Origin: Capsulimonadales bacterium
GTDB lineage: Bacteria > Armatimonadota > Armatimonadia > Armatimonadales > Armatimonadaceae
Direction: 5' to 3'
Assembly (NCBI GenBank): GCA_033762295.1
Contig: JANRLW010000057.1
Location: 8,837-72,836, forward strand
Length of the DNA stretch: 64,000 bases
Positions 43,132 through 52,725 of the stretch are shown one piece after another (position 1 is the first letter of the stretch; the number at the start of each line of letters is the position of its first letter). Made by a program: the position numbers and the translations under genes. The notes under the pieces are model-generated. The model was not told the origin of the DNA. It did no database searches and saw only the letters and a program-made list of their open reading frames with translations.

Positions 43132-44238
43132 CTATTCCATCGAACGGTGGAGAACGACACCGGCGACGGCGAAAAGGACGATCGGAAGCCAGGCGGCGAC
43201 GATGGGCGGGATGCCTCCGGCGATGGCGACGATCCGCAGGGTGAGCAGGACAATCAGGGTGAAGACCACAAGGATCAGGGAGAGCAGGATGCCGGTGAAA
43301 GCGCCCGTACGCGCGAACCGAAGCGACAGCAGCGGCGCGACAAAGGCGAAAAGAATGCCCTGTAGCGGGAACGATAACTTCAGATGGGCATCCGTCTCGA
43401 ACTCCCGCGCCAGTTTCGCATTTCCGTACCCGACCTGTCTTTTCGCCTCCCGGTACAGTTCGTCCAGCGAGTAGGTGAAGGAAGCCGTCAGGGGTTGCCC
43501 GACACCGACCGCCGTGATCAGGTCCAGGTTCAGGACCAGGGTGCCGTCCTGCGCCCGCCCGTCCAGTTCGGATTCCCCCCGGCCTCCGAACCGGTGGTAG
43601 ACGACATTTTTCAGTCGCCAGATACCGCCGACATACTCCGCGGATTCGGCGGTCAGGATCGTCGGATAGGCTTTCGCGGCGGTCCCGTCGACCGGGGTCC
43701 GCACGAGAACGACCTGCCGGATGACGCGCTTTCCGTCGGGCCGCCGGTCGGCGGCGGCGAACGTGACCACGAAATCGTCGGTCCGGATCCGGCGCGACGC
43801 GTCCGCAGGGTTGGTGGGCAGCGCATCCAGAACGGCGAGGGTGTTCTGCTGTTCGCGCCAGGCCCAGGGAGTCACCTTTTCGAAAACAAGCAGATTGAGC
43901 AGGCTGACGGCGGCGCCGAACAGGTAGACCGGAAGAAAAATCCGCCGCAGGGGCATTCCGACCGATCGCAGGACGGTGATTTCGTTATCCCGCGCGAGCC
44001 GACTGACCCCGAGACTGATCGCCAGGGTCAGCGCGACCGGCAACGCCATGACCAGAACCGTCGGAATGTTCAGCAGCAGGAAACGGCTCACCAGAGCCAC
44101 CGGCCACTTTTCCCGGAGGATGGTTTCCAGATACTTGTAGAGCGTGTTGCCGACCAGCATCATCAGGAAGGCGATGACGCCGATAAAAAAAGGGATCAGC
44201 AGTTCGCCGAAGACCAGGCGATCGCTCCGTTTCCACAT
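43132..44238 (-). CDS. LptF/LptG-family permease
   Basis: RLARDNEITVLRSVG, 3+3 TM layout, PPIVAAWLP. Confidence 0.9.
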   Translation of the reverse strand: MWKRSDRLVFGELLIPFFIGVIAFLMMLVGNTLYKYLETILREKWPVALVSRFLLLNIPTVLVMALPVALTLAISLGVSRLARDNEITVLRSVGMPLRRIFLPVYLFGAAVSLLNLLVFEKVTPWAWREQQNTLAVLDALPTNPADASRRIRTDDFVVTFAAADRRPDGKRVIRQVVLVRTPVDGTAAKAYPTILTAESAEYVGGIWRLKNVVYHRFGGRGESELDGRAQDGTLVLNLDLITAVGVGQPLTASFTYSLDELYREAKRQVGYGNAKLAREFETDAHLKLSFPLQGILFAFVAPLLSLRFARTGAFTGILLSLILVVFTLIVLLTLRIVAIAGGIPPIVAAWLPIVLFAVAGVVLHRSME

Positions 44239-44287
44239 CCGTTCTTCAGCATACCATCCGGTTTCGATTCCGACGCGGTTTTCGAGT

Positions 44288-45067
44288 TTACGTCGCGCAG
44301 GTCTGCGACACGCGGATATCGCGAACGCGCAGCAGTCCGCCGCCGCGCCGGATCAGTTCCGAAACCGTCACCGGAATCAGTCCTCGGGCGCGGACCTGTG
44401 TGACGATCCGGGGCAACGCGGCATAGGTCGCCGGAATTCCGTCATGGAGCAGCACGATGCCGCCGGGGGTGATGTCGCGCAGGACCAGCTGCTCGATCCG
44501 GGCCGCCGTCCGCCCGATCTTGTAATCCGCCGGGTCCGCGCTCCAGAGAATGTTCGCGTAGTTATTGGCTTCGATCACCCGCTGAACCGCCGTGTTGTAC
44601 TCTCCTCCCGGGGGACGGACCAGTCGGGTGCGCACTCCGAACATCGATTCCAGCAGGTCGCGCGTCGAATTGAGTTCCGGCGCGACTTCGTCCAGCGGGA
44701 TTTGCGGGAGGCGATAGTGGTGGTAGGTATGGTTGCCGATCTCGTGGCCCTCGAGCGCCATCCGCTCGACAATCGCCGGGTACCGGCGAATCTGTTGCCC
44801 GACGAGGAAGAAGGTGGCCGGCAAACTCAGACGGCGCAGTATTTGGAGCAGTTCGAGCGATTTGGCGCCATGCGGACCGTCATCGAACGTAAAGGCGACG
44901 TACGGGAGGGCCGGGTCCCCGACGATGACCTTCAGGGATCGGATGCCGCGCTGTCGTTCCACATCATCCTGGAAGGCGAGTTCGACCAGGCGGCGATACT
45001 CGGTTTCCACCGCCTCCGGGTGCGGCGGTTGAGTCCATCGACCGTTAGGAGCAGGTGAGGTACGCAT
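44288..45067 (-). CDS. polysaccharide deacetylase (CE4/NodB)
   Basis: TFDDGP, GNHTYHH, RPPGG, IVLLHD. Confidence 0.93.
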   Translation of the reverse strand: MRTSPAPNGRWTQPPHPEAVETEYRRLVELAFQDDVERQRGIRSLKVIVGDPALPYVAFTFDDGPHGAKSLELLQILRRLSLPATFFLVGQQIRRYPAIVERMALEGHEIGNHTYHHYRLPQIPLDEVAPELNSTRDLLESMFGVRTRLVRPPGGEYNTAVQRVIEANNYANILWSADPADYKIGRTAARIEQLVLRDITPGGIVLLHDGIPATYAALPRIVTQVRARGLIPVTVSELIRRGGGLLRVRDIRVSQTCAT

Positions 45068-45256
45068 AGTTACCGAAAGGTTTTAACCTCCGTCTCCCGA
45101 AATTGCCTCGAAATAGCGGTAAAATGGAGTACCGGCGGTCCTGCGCAGCAGGCGACCGCCGTCAGTGTTTTCCCCGATGACGCATGGGAAAAACCGCTTC
45201 GGTTCCTCCGTGTGAGACCGGTCGCTTCTTTCCTGACGTCTCAATATATCAACAGC

Positions 45257-46492
45257 ATGGGTACTTCGACAAGGTTTTTCGCGGCTTTTATACGTTGGGC
45301 CGGAATCCGGGACCGTTCGGTTTCGGAACGCTCCCTGCCGCCGCGAGAACCCGGAACGGTGGCGGACGTCATCCGCACTCGCGTCTCCCTCTACCCCGGC
45401 ACGCCGCTGGCCGATGCGGCGGAGATTTTCCGCACCGGAACCGATCGTACGGTCGCGGTCGTCGCCCCGACCGGCCAACTCCTCGGACTCCTTCGGGAAG
45501 CCGAGATCGCCCGACATCTGAGCGAACGTCCCCCCCATGAACGCCCCGCGCTTCTGCGAACGCCGGTCGGGGAACGGATGAGCGCCCCAACGGCGACGCT
45601 TCGTCCCGATATGTCTCCAGACGAGGCATTGAGGATACTGCAGGAGTCGTGCCGGGAGGTCCTTCCGGTAGTGACTCCGCACGGTATTTTTCTTGGCATG
45701 GTTTCGGGCGGCGATTTTTTGTCGGAGATGGCGCGACCGCTTCGCCCGCCGATGATCGGCGGCCTCGCCACGCCGCTCGGCGTTTACCTGACGACCGGAA
45801 ACGTCACCGGCGGCGTCGGCCACGTCGCGCTGGCGCTGACCGGTCTGGTGTTTTTCTGCCTGCACCTGGCCGCGTTCGGTCTGGCAGCGCCCGCGAACGC
45901 GGTCGTCGCCGCTCTGCCCGCCTTTGCCCGCCCGGCGGCGGACACCCTGATTTTCCTGCTCGTCCGTATCGGTCTTCTGCTGGCCGTCCTCCGCCTGACG
46001 CCGATGGCCGGCTACCATGCGGCCGAACATCAGGTGGTCCATGCGATCGAACGCGGTGAGCCGCTGACCGTGGAGGTCGTCCGTTCCATGCCGCGCGTTC
46101 ATCCCCGGTGCGGAACGAACCTGGTGGCCGGTGCGCTCGTCGTTTCCGTGACCGGCGCGATCTGTCAGCCGCTTATGGGCAGTCTGGGGTACGTGCTGGG
46201 CGGAATCGCCGCCCTGGCCGTCTGGCGCGATGTCGGGGCCTGGCTCCAGCTAAAGTTCACGACCCGTCCGGCAAGCCCTCGTGAACTGGAAAGCGGCCTC
46301 CGGGCCGCCCGGGAGGTGCTGGATCGACACACCGCCGATCCGCGCCCGGTCGCACCGATCCGACGTTTCGGAAATATGGGATTTCTTCCCCTGTTCGGCG
46401 GTTTTCTTCTCGGCGGCGCTCTGACGTTCGGTCTCTCCTTCCGAATTCCCGCGTTGCGCGAGCCGCTACTCTTCTTTTTTTCGGGATGGTAA
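45257..46492 (+). CDS. CBS-pair plus DUF1385 membrane protein
   Basis: CBS-like N-terminus; YHAAEHQVVHAIE, HPRCGTN, LQ..FTTRP. Confidence 0.8.
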   Translation: MGTSTRFFAAFIRWAGIRDRSVSERSLPPREPGTVADVIRTRVSLYPGTPLADAAEIFRTGTDRTVAVVAPTGQLLGLLREAEIARHLSERPPHERPALLRTPVGERMSAPTATLRPDMSPDEALRILQESCREVLPVVTPHGIFLGMVSGGDFLSEMARPLRPPMIGGLATPLGVYLTTGNVTGGVGHVALALTGLVFFCLHLAAFGLAAPANAVVAALPAFARPAADTLIFLLVRIGLLLAVLRLTPMAGYHAAEHQVVHAIERGEPLTVEVVRSMPRVHPRCGTNLVAGALVVSVTGAICQPLMGSLGYVLGGIAALAVWRDVGAWLQLKFTTRPASPRELESGLRAAREVLDRHTADPRPVAPIRRFGNMGFLPLFGGFLLGGALTFGLSFRIPALREPLLFFFSGW

Positions 46493-46560
46493 CGCGCGGG
46501 ACCGGGGACAGGTTCCGCTCTGGTGAAAAGGAATCGCGTCAAACGCGAGAACGAGTATTC

Positions 46561-47940
46561 ATGGTTTCGACAACATCGACCGAATCTGTGGCAGGCGTCG
46601 TCGGACGCACCGCACGGACGCTCACCACGGCGACCGTGGAGATACTGCACGGCATCACCCGGCGACCGCCGCCGTCCGGCGCGAAGGTGCTCCTGGAATA
46701 TGTGTCCGCGAATCCGAACGGACCGATCACCGCGATTCACGGACGGGGCGGAGTCCTCGGCGATACCCTGGCCGCCCTCCTGGCCGCGACCGGCAGCGAC
46801 CCGACCCGCGAATTTTATGTCAATGACGCCAACTCCTTCCGTCAGATGCGCCAGTTCGCCCGCGCCGTTCTGCACCGGTACCGCCAGATGTTCGGGCAGG
46901 AGTCCTGGAACGGCAGCGCTCTCCCGGTCGATGCCGAGGGTTACCCGGAAGAGTATGTCACCCATACCACGCAAAAACTGATCGAGGCGGTCGGCGACCG
47001 CTTTCTCGGACGGAACGACGACGAGACGCTTCTTCCGCTTCAGGAGACGACGGCCCGGATCATCCGCCAGGAACAGGAGGAGGACCTGACCGCCCTCGGC
47101 ATCCGGTTCGATCGGTGGTTCTCCGAAAGTCGGCTCCACGCCGACGGGGCGATCGAGCGGATTCTGGAAAGTCTGCGCGCTTCCGGGCACACCTTCGAAC
47201 AGGGAAGCGCCCTCTGGCTCCGGTCCACCGATTTCGGCGATGAAGCGGACCGCGTTCTGCTGCGCGCCGACGGCTCGCCCACCTACCTTGCCGGCGATCT
47301 CGCCTACCATGCCGACAAATTCGATCGGGGCTTCGATTACCTGATCGATCTCTGGGCCAGCGATCACGCCGGTTACATCGAGCGGACCCGCGCCGGTCTG
47401 GCGGCGCTCGGCTACGATCCGAAAAAACTGACCGTCCTGCTGGTCGGACCGGTGCGTCTCCTGCGCGATGGGACGGAAGTGAAGGCAATGCGCACGGACG
47501 GGCTCCTTGAGGTGATTACCCTGACGGAACTGCTGACCGAACTCTCGCCGGAGGTGGTCCGCTGGACCCTGTGCGACGCCTCGTCGGAGGAACCGCTCGA
47601 TCTGGATGCCGACCGTCTGCGCCGTCCCGACATGCCCGCCTCGCTGGAAAAGGTTCGCTATGCCCGCTCCAGTTGCCGCTGGGCGGCGGAGAACGCCGGG
47701 GACGCCGTCGATCCGGAGGTGTTCTCCGAACTGACGAAGTATCCGGAGGTTCTGCGGGAAGCCGCCGACCGGCTCACGCCGAACCGGCTGACCGCCTATC
47801 TGGCGGAACTGTCCGATCGGTGGGTCGACTCGGTCCGGTCCGGGAACCGACCGGCGGAACCCGTGACACAGGCGGTGACGGCCGTTCTCGATCAGGGTTC
47901 GAAATTGCTGGGAATCGACATAAAGGATGACAATGCGTAG
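46561..47940 (+). CDS. arginyl-tRNA synthetase-like paralog, truncated/degenerate
   Basis: EYVSANPNGP, REFYVNDA, FDRWFSE, STDFGDEADRVL, PTYLAGDLAYHADKFDRGF; HIGH and MSK motifs altered. Confidence 0.85.
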   Translation: MVSTTSTESVAGVVGRTARTLTTATVEILHGITRRPPPSGAKVLLEYVSANPNGPITAIHGRGGVLGDTLAALLAATGSDPTREFYVNDANSFRQMRQFARAVLHRYRQMFGQESWNGSALPVDAEGYPEEYVTHTTQKLIEAVGDRFLGRNDDETLLPLQETTARIIRQEQEEDLTALGIRFDRWFSESRLHADGAIERILESLRASGHTFEQGSALWLRSTDFGDEADRVLLRADGSPTYLAGDLAYHADKFDRGFDYLIDLWASDHAGYIERTRAGLAALGYDPKKLTVLLVGPVRLLRDGTEVKAMRTDGLLEVITLTELLTELSPEVVRWTLCDASSEEPLDLDADRLRRPDMPASLEKVRYARSSCRWAAENAGDAVDPEVFSELTKYPEVLREAADRLTPNRLTAYLAELSDRWVDSVRSGNRPAEPVTQAVTAVLDQGSKLLGIDIKDDNA

Positions 47941-50461
47941 TCTTTGCCGGTTATTGATCGTCACCGTTCTTGCCTGTGGTCTGCTTCTGCCCGTCAACGC
48001 GAAACCGATCGTCACACGCGGCATCTATACCGATGGCAGGGGAGGCGCGCACCCCTGGTATATCAATGAAGCGCATCAACTGATTTGGGAAGACCGGCCC
48101 TTCGTCCCGGTCGGCGGGCGTTTTCAGGCCCGCTCCTGGGTTTCCAATCCGACCGGGAGCGACTTCGAAGCGGATGCCGCCGCTCTGAAAACCCTGAAGC
48201 GGTGCGGGGTCACCGATATCTATCTTCAGCCGGCGCGGGGCGGACTGCTCTCCGTGCCGCCGACCGCCCTTCAGCGGCTGATCGATCTTCTGGATGCCGA
48301 AGGATTCACCTACGGCATCTCCATCAACGATGCCCCGGCGGAGCTTCTCACCGGTTACGAGATCCGTCCGGGCAAGTACCGCCACCCCGTTCCGGAAGGC
48401 GGCGGACTGCTCCGTTTCCCGATACGGAACGCCGTCTCCGCCCTCTATTTCCAGGTCAGTGAAAGCGGTGATGTGATTACGACCGGCAAGGCGACGCCGG
48501 TGGATGAGGGGATGCGGGTCGTCCCTTCGAACGTCCCGGGGCGCAATATCGTCTTTCTCCTCCCGCAGCATGTCCATTTCAACGCCCGGTCGATCGGAGT
48601 GCCGAATGTCTGGGAGGGATTCGACCAGTACCGGGACGATCTGATCGCTCTTTTCCGCAAGGTAAAACTCGGGCCGGGCTTCCGGTTCTTTGCCGACCCG
48701 CTCTCCTCCGATCTGCGGTTGACCGATGACATCGACGTTTTCGTTCCGACCAATGTCTCGTTCCGGATCGAATGGAGCGAATGGCTGGGTCGACGCCACC
48801 GAAATATCGACAACCTGTTAAACGCCTGGGGAGTGAGCGATCGGGAGTGCCGGGATTTCCGTGACGCGGCGGACCTGCTGCCGCTCTGGTGGGGAGGCAA
48901 AGGCGTCGCCCTTCTCTACAACCCCGACACGGAAAAGACGTATCGTGTCAACACCGCGCTGTCCTCCTACTGGAAGGATCTGACCGCGTTCAAAATCGAA
49001 TCGATCCGCCGTTATATGAACGATCTGGCGACCGTTCTGAAAAAGGCGGTCGCCGATGTGCCGGTCGTCTATCGCACCACCGGTTACTCGGCTCTCCATA
49101 CCGCGCTTCCGGCCAACCGAGGATTCGACGGTATCGGCATCGAGGCGTTCGGGCGCGGCAGCGAGCTGGTGACGCAGAGCGCAGGGTATGCTTACGCGCA
49201 TACGGCGGAAGCGCCCAAGACGATGTGGCTTCCGGTGCTGGCGACCGGGGATGCCGACCCGGCGCGTAAGGTGGCGCGCGGTTACGCGTCCCGCGCGGCG
49301 TTGCATGCCGATCTGGACTGGCTGCGGGAGATCGGCGCACGCGGATTCTTCGTCGACGGCGTCCGTATCCTCGATACCGACCGAAAAATGTACGATCTCT
49401 CGGAAGCGGAGGATCAGCTTACCTGGCTGTCGGACTACGCGCGCGTCCTGGCCATCACCGGCGTGAGCGGCGCGACGGCCCTGCCGCGCGCGGTTTTCTA
49501 CCCGCGCGGACTGGCGCTGGCGTCGGTACGCCCGCTGGCCGAGGGCGGATGGTGGCTCCCGACCGAACGGCCCCATGTTCCGTATGATTTCGGCGCCGCC
49601 GGAAAAGCCTATGCGCTGGCCGAGCCGGAACGCGGGACGGTCTACTATCTCTGGAACCCTTCCGGCAAACGCCGTATCCGCCTCCGGATTCCGAAGGCCG
49701 CCCGCGCGCCCGGTGCGCCGGCGCTCGCCTGGAGTCCCTCGGCGGAAGGCAACGTCAAGGGCGATATTCTGACCATGACCATCGGGCCGGACCCGGTCCG
49801 CCTGATCAATTATCCGAGTGTTCCCGTGCCGCTGGACGCCTTCAAGGAGTATCTTGACGAAGGGGCGCGCATGGTCGCCGCAATGAAGAAGGCGGAGATT
49901 CCCGAAGGAGCGCGCTACCAGCTGTCGCTGGTCGGCACGGAACGACGCTTCAATGTCGATAATCCCCTGCAAAGCCTGATGGAGATTCAGCGGGTTGTCC
50001 AGGAGATGCGCGAAAAACTCCGTCCCTATGCCTGGATCGAGGCCGAACGCGCCGCCGCGCAGAACTTTGACGGCGTCATGGAACGGCTCGGGGCCAGCGG
50101 AAACCTGGTCCTTTCCACCGAGGAGCGTCCGGCCGGAGCGGCCCCGGCCAACGCCGCCTACACGATCCAGATCACGACGCCCGGCAACTACACGGTCTGG
50201 GTCGCCGCCTCGCCGGCGTCCCTCTTCTCCCTGCGTCTGAACGGCCGTCCGCTGCTCGACGAGGCCGTCCTCGCGACGCCGATCGGGAGTCGCTACGCCG
50301 ACGGCCAGCTGGTCTGGCAGCGGTTGGGCAATGCCACCCTTCCGCGCGGCGTCCATACCCTGGAAGTTCGCGCCGAGACTGCGGCCAAGCTGGATGTGAT
50401 CCTTCTGACCCGTGAACCGTTCGAACCGGACGGCCCCAATCCCCCCGCCCTGAAACTTTGA
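47927..50461 (+). CDS. large secreted protein, possible glycoside hydrolase-like barrel plus C-terminal beta-sandwich
   Basis: Signal peptide; WLGRRHRNIDNLLNAWG (GH42-like); GNYTVWV..LPRGVHTLEV..LDVILLT. Confidence 0.55.
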   Translation: MTMRSLCRLLIVTVLACGLLLPVNAKPIVTRGIYTDGRGGAHPWYINEAHQLIWEDRPFVPVGGRFQARSWVSNPTGSDFEADAAALKTLKRCGVTDIYLQPARGGLLSVPPTALQRLIDLLDAEGFTYGISINDAPAELLTGYEIRPGKYRHPVPEGGGLLRFPIRNAVSALYFQVSESGDVITTGKATPVDEGMRVVPSNVPGRNIVFLLPQHVHFNARSIGVPNVWEGFDQYRDDLIALFRKVKLGPGFRFFADPLSSDLRLTDDIDVFVPTNVSFRIEWSEWLGRRHRNIDNLLNAWGVSDRECRDFRDAADLLPLWWGGKGVALLYNPDTEKTYRVNTALSSYWKDLTAFKIESIRRYMNDLATVLKKAVADVPVVYRTTGYSALHTALPANRGFDGIGIEAFGRGSELVTQSAGYAYAHTAEAPKTMWLPVLATGDADPARKVARGYASRAALHADLDWLREIGARGFFVDGVRILDTDRKMYDLSEAEDQLTWLSDYARVLAITGVSGATALPRAVFYPRGLALASVRPLAEGGWWLPTERPHVPYDFGAAGKAYALAEPERGTVYYLWNPSGKRRIRLRIPKAARAPGAPALAWSPSAEGNVKGDILTMTIGPDPVRLINYPSVPVPLDAFKEYLDEGARMVAAMKKAEIPEGARYQLSLVGTERRFNVDNPLQSLMEIQRVVQEMREKLRPYAWIEAERAAAQNFDGVMERLGASGNLVLSTEERPAGAAPANAAYTIQITTPGNYTVWVAASPASLFSLRLNGRPLLDEAVLATPIGSRYADGQLVWQRLGNATLPRGVHTLEVRAETAAKLDVILLTREPFEPDGPNPPALKL

Positions 50462-50565
50462 TCGCCGGGTTCCGCCGCCCCCTCACCGCTCCGTCCGCCC
50501 GAGGAGCGGGGGCGGTTCGGGTATAATCGCTTTCGATCCCTTGAAAGATTCGGAGACAAAGCATC

Positions 50566-52392
50566 ATGTCCCAGCAACTCTGGCAACCGCTTGCCGCCCA
50601 GCTACGGGCCGATTCGATACGCTGCACCACCGCCGCCGGAAGCGGCCATCCGACCTCCGGCATGAGCGCCGCCGACCTGATGGCGGTCCTGCTGACCTCC
50701 TACCTGAAATACGACTTCTCCCATCCTCAGCATCCCAACAACGACCACCTCATCTTCAGCAAAGGCCATGCCTGCCCGGTGCTCTATGCGATGTACAAGG
50801 CGGCCGGCGCGATGACGGATGACGAGCTGCTGTCTCTCCGACAGTTCGGCTCGATCTGGGAAGGGCATCCGACGCCGCTGATCCCGTTTGTCGATGCCGC
50901 CACCGGGTCCCTGGGTCAGGGTCTGCCGATCGGCGTCGGGGTCGCTCTGGCCGGTAAGTATATCGACAAACTGCCCTACAAAGTCTGGGTCGTTTGCGGA
51001 GACTCCGAAATGGCGGAGGGGTCGATCTACGAGGCGCTGGAAATCGCGGCCCATTACGAACTGGACAACCTGATCGCGATTGTCGATGTCAACAAACTCG
51101 GTCAGCGAGGCGAAACGGCTCTGGGTCACGATATGGACCGCTACCGCGCCCGGGCCGAGGCGTTCGGCTGGCAGGCGATCGTCATCGACGGGCATGACCT
51201 GGCGGCGATCGATGATGCGTACACCCGGGCCCTGTCGGCGAAACAGCCGGTCGCGATCCTGGCGAAGACCGACAAGGGACATGGCGTCTCCTTCCTCTCC
51301 GGGGTTCCCGGCTGGCACGGCAAGTCGCTGAAACCGGAGGAGGCCGAGAAAGCCCTGGCCGAACTGGGCAATCCGTCCGGTGATCTGCGGATCGACGTGC
51401 AAAAGCCGGAGGATCTGCAGCCCGCCCCGCTGCCGTCGGCGACCGAAGTGACCTTCCCCGACTACGGGCCGGGCGACAGCGTCGCCACCCGTCAGGCATA
51501 CGGCGAAGCCCTGAAGGCGCTGGGCGCGGCACGGGCCGATCTCTTCGCCGTCGACGCCGAGGTTTCCAACTCCACCTTCGCCGAAACGTTCAAGAAAGCC
51601 TACCCGGATCGCTTCTTCGAGATGTACATCGCGGAGCAGATCATGGTCTCGGTCGCGCAGGGTCTGGACGTTCGCCACAAGGTCGCTTTCGCCTCGACGT
51701 TCGCCGCCTTCTTCTCGCGCGCCTACGATCAGATCCGTATGGCGGCCGTCTCCCGCGCCAATCTTCGCCTGGTCGGATCTCATGCCGGTGTCAGTATCGG
51801 CGAGGACGGGCCGTCCCAGATGGCGCTGGAAGACCTGGCGATGTTCCGGTCCGTCTTCGGAAGCGCGGTGCTCTACCCGTCCGATGCCGTCTCGACGGTC
51901 CATCTGATCCGGGCCATGGCCGAGCGCAAGGGCATCTCCTATCTCCGCTCCACCCGCGAGAAAACCCCGGTGCTGTACGGGCCTGAGGAGCGGTTCCCGA
52001 TCGGCGGTTCCAAAACGCTCCGCACCTCGGACAGCGACAAAGCGACGATTATCGCGGCGGGCATCACGCTGCATGAGAGCCTGAAGGCGGCGGATGAACT
52101 GGCCGCTTCCGGGACCCGCGTTCGCGTCATCGACCTGTACTCCGTGAAGCCGATCGATGCGGAGACGATCCGCCAGGCGGCGCGGGAAACCGGCCATCTG
52201 ATCGTCGCCGAGGATCACTGGGCGGAGGGAGGTATCGGGGATGCCGTCCTGGCCGCGCTGGCGGAGACGCCCGACCTGAAACCGAAGTTTACCCATCTGT
52301 GCATCCGCGAAATGCCCCGATCGGGCAAGCCGAACGAACTGATGGACGCTTACGGCATCTCGGCGAAGCACATCGCCGAAGCCGTGCGCTAA
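50566..52392 (+). CDS. tkt: transketolase
   Basis: GSGHPTS, FSKGHA, EGHP, TGSLGQG, GDSEMAEG, SIGEDGPSQM. Confidence 0.96.
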   Translation: MSQQLWQPLAAQLRADSIRCTTAAGSGHPTSGMSAADLMAVLLTSYLKYDFSHPQHPNNDHLIFSKGHACPVLYAMYKAAGAMTDDELLSLRQFGSIWEGHPTPLIPFVDAATGSLGQGLPIGVGVALAGKYIDKLPYKVWVVCGDSEMAEGSIYEALEIAAHYELDNLIAIVDVNKLGQRGETALGHDMDRYRARAEAFGWQAIVIDGHDLAAIDDAYTRALSAKQPVAILAKTDKGHGVSFLSGVPGWHGKSLKPEEAEKALAELGNPSGDLRIDVQKPEDLQPAPLPSATEVTFPDYGPGDSVATRQAYGEALKALGAARADLFAVDAEVSNSTFAETFKKAYPDRFFEMYIAEQIMVSVAQGLDVRHKVAFASTFAAFFSRAYDQIRMAAVSRANLRLVGSHAGVSIGEDGPSQMALEDLAMFRSVFGSAVLYPSDAVSTVHLIRAMAERKGISYLRSTREKTPVLYGPEERFPIGGSKTLRTSDSDKATIIAAGITLHESLKAADELAASGTRVRVIDLYSVKPIDAETIRQAARETGHLIVAEDHWAEGGIGDAVLAALAETPDLKPKFTHLCIREMPRSGKPNELMDAYGISAKHIAEAVR

Positions 52393-52611
52393 TTTCCCTT
52401 CCCTCCTCTTTCGCTCCCTTTCCGTCGTGTCTGCCCGGAAAGGGAGTCCCCTTCCTTTCCGCTTTCCTTCGCGGGCGATGCGTTCGCTCGCTTTTTTTTT
52501 CACGGACGACTTTCGGGTATGATTTTTGCCTTGATAAAAGCCGATATATTTCTGTGCTTATTATCACACTATTTCATCCTGATATTTGAGCAATAAAGCC
52601 GTTTCTATATG

Positions 52612-52640
52612 TTGACAAAAATAGGCAAAACATCGATAAT
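52612..52640 (+). promoter_or_regulatory. sigma70-type promoter in AT-rich region upstream of PEP-CTERM gene
   Basis: TTGACA-17nt-GATAAT. Confidence 0.65.
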
Positions 52641-52725
52641 TCGGAGAACCCGCAATGGGTGTGACGACGACTATCGAATGAGTTGGTTATTATCGGATAC
52701 CGATATAAGGGGAAGAGCGCGAACA

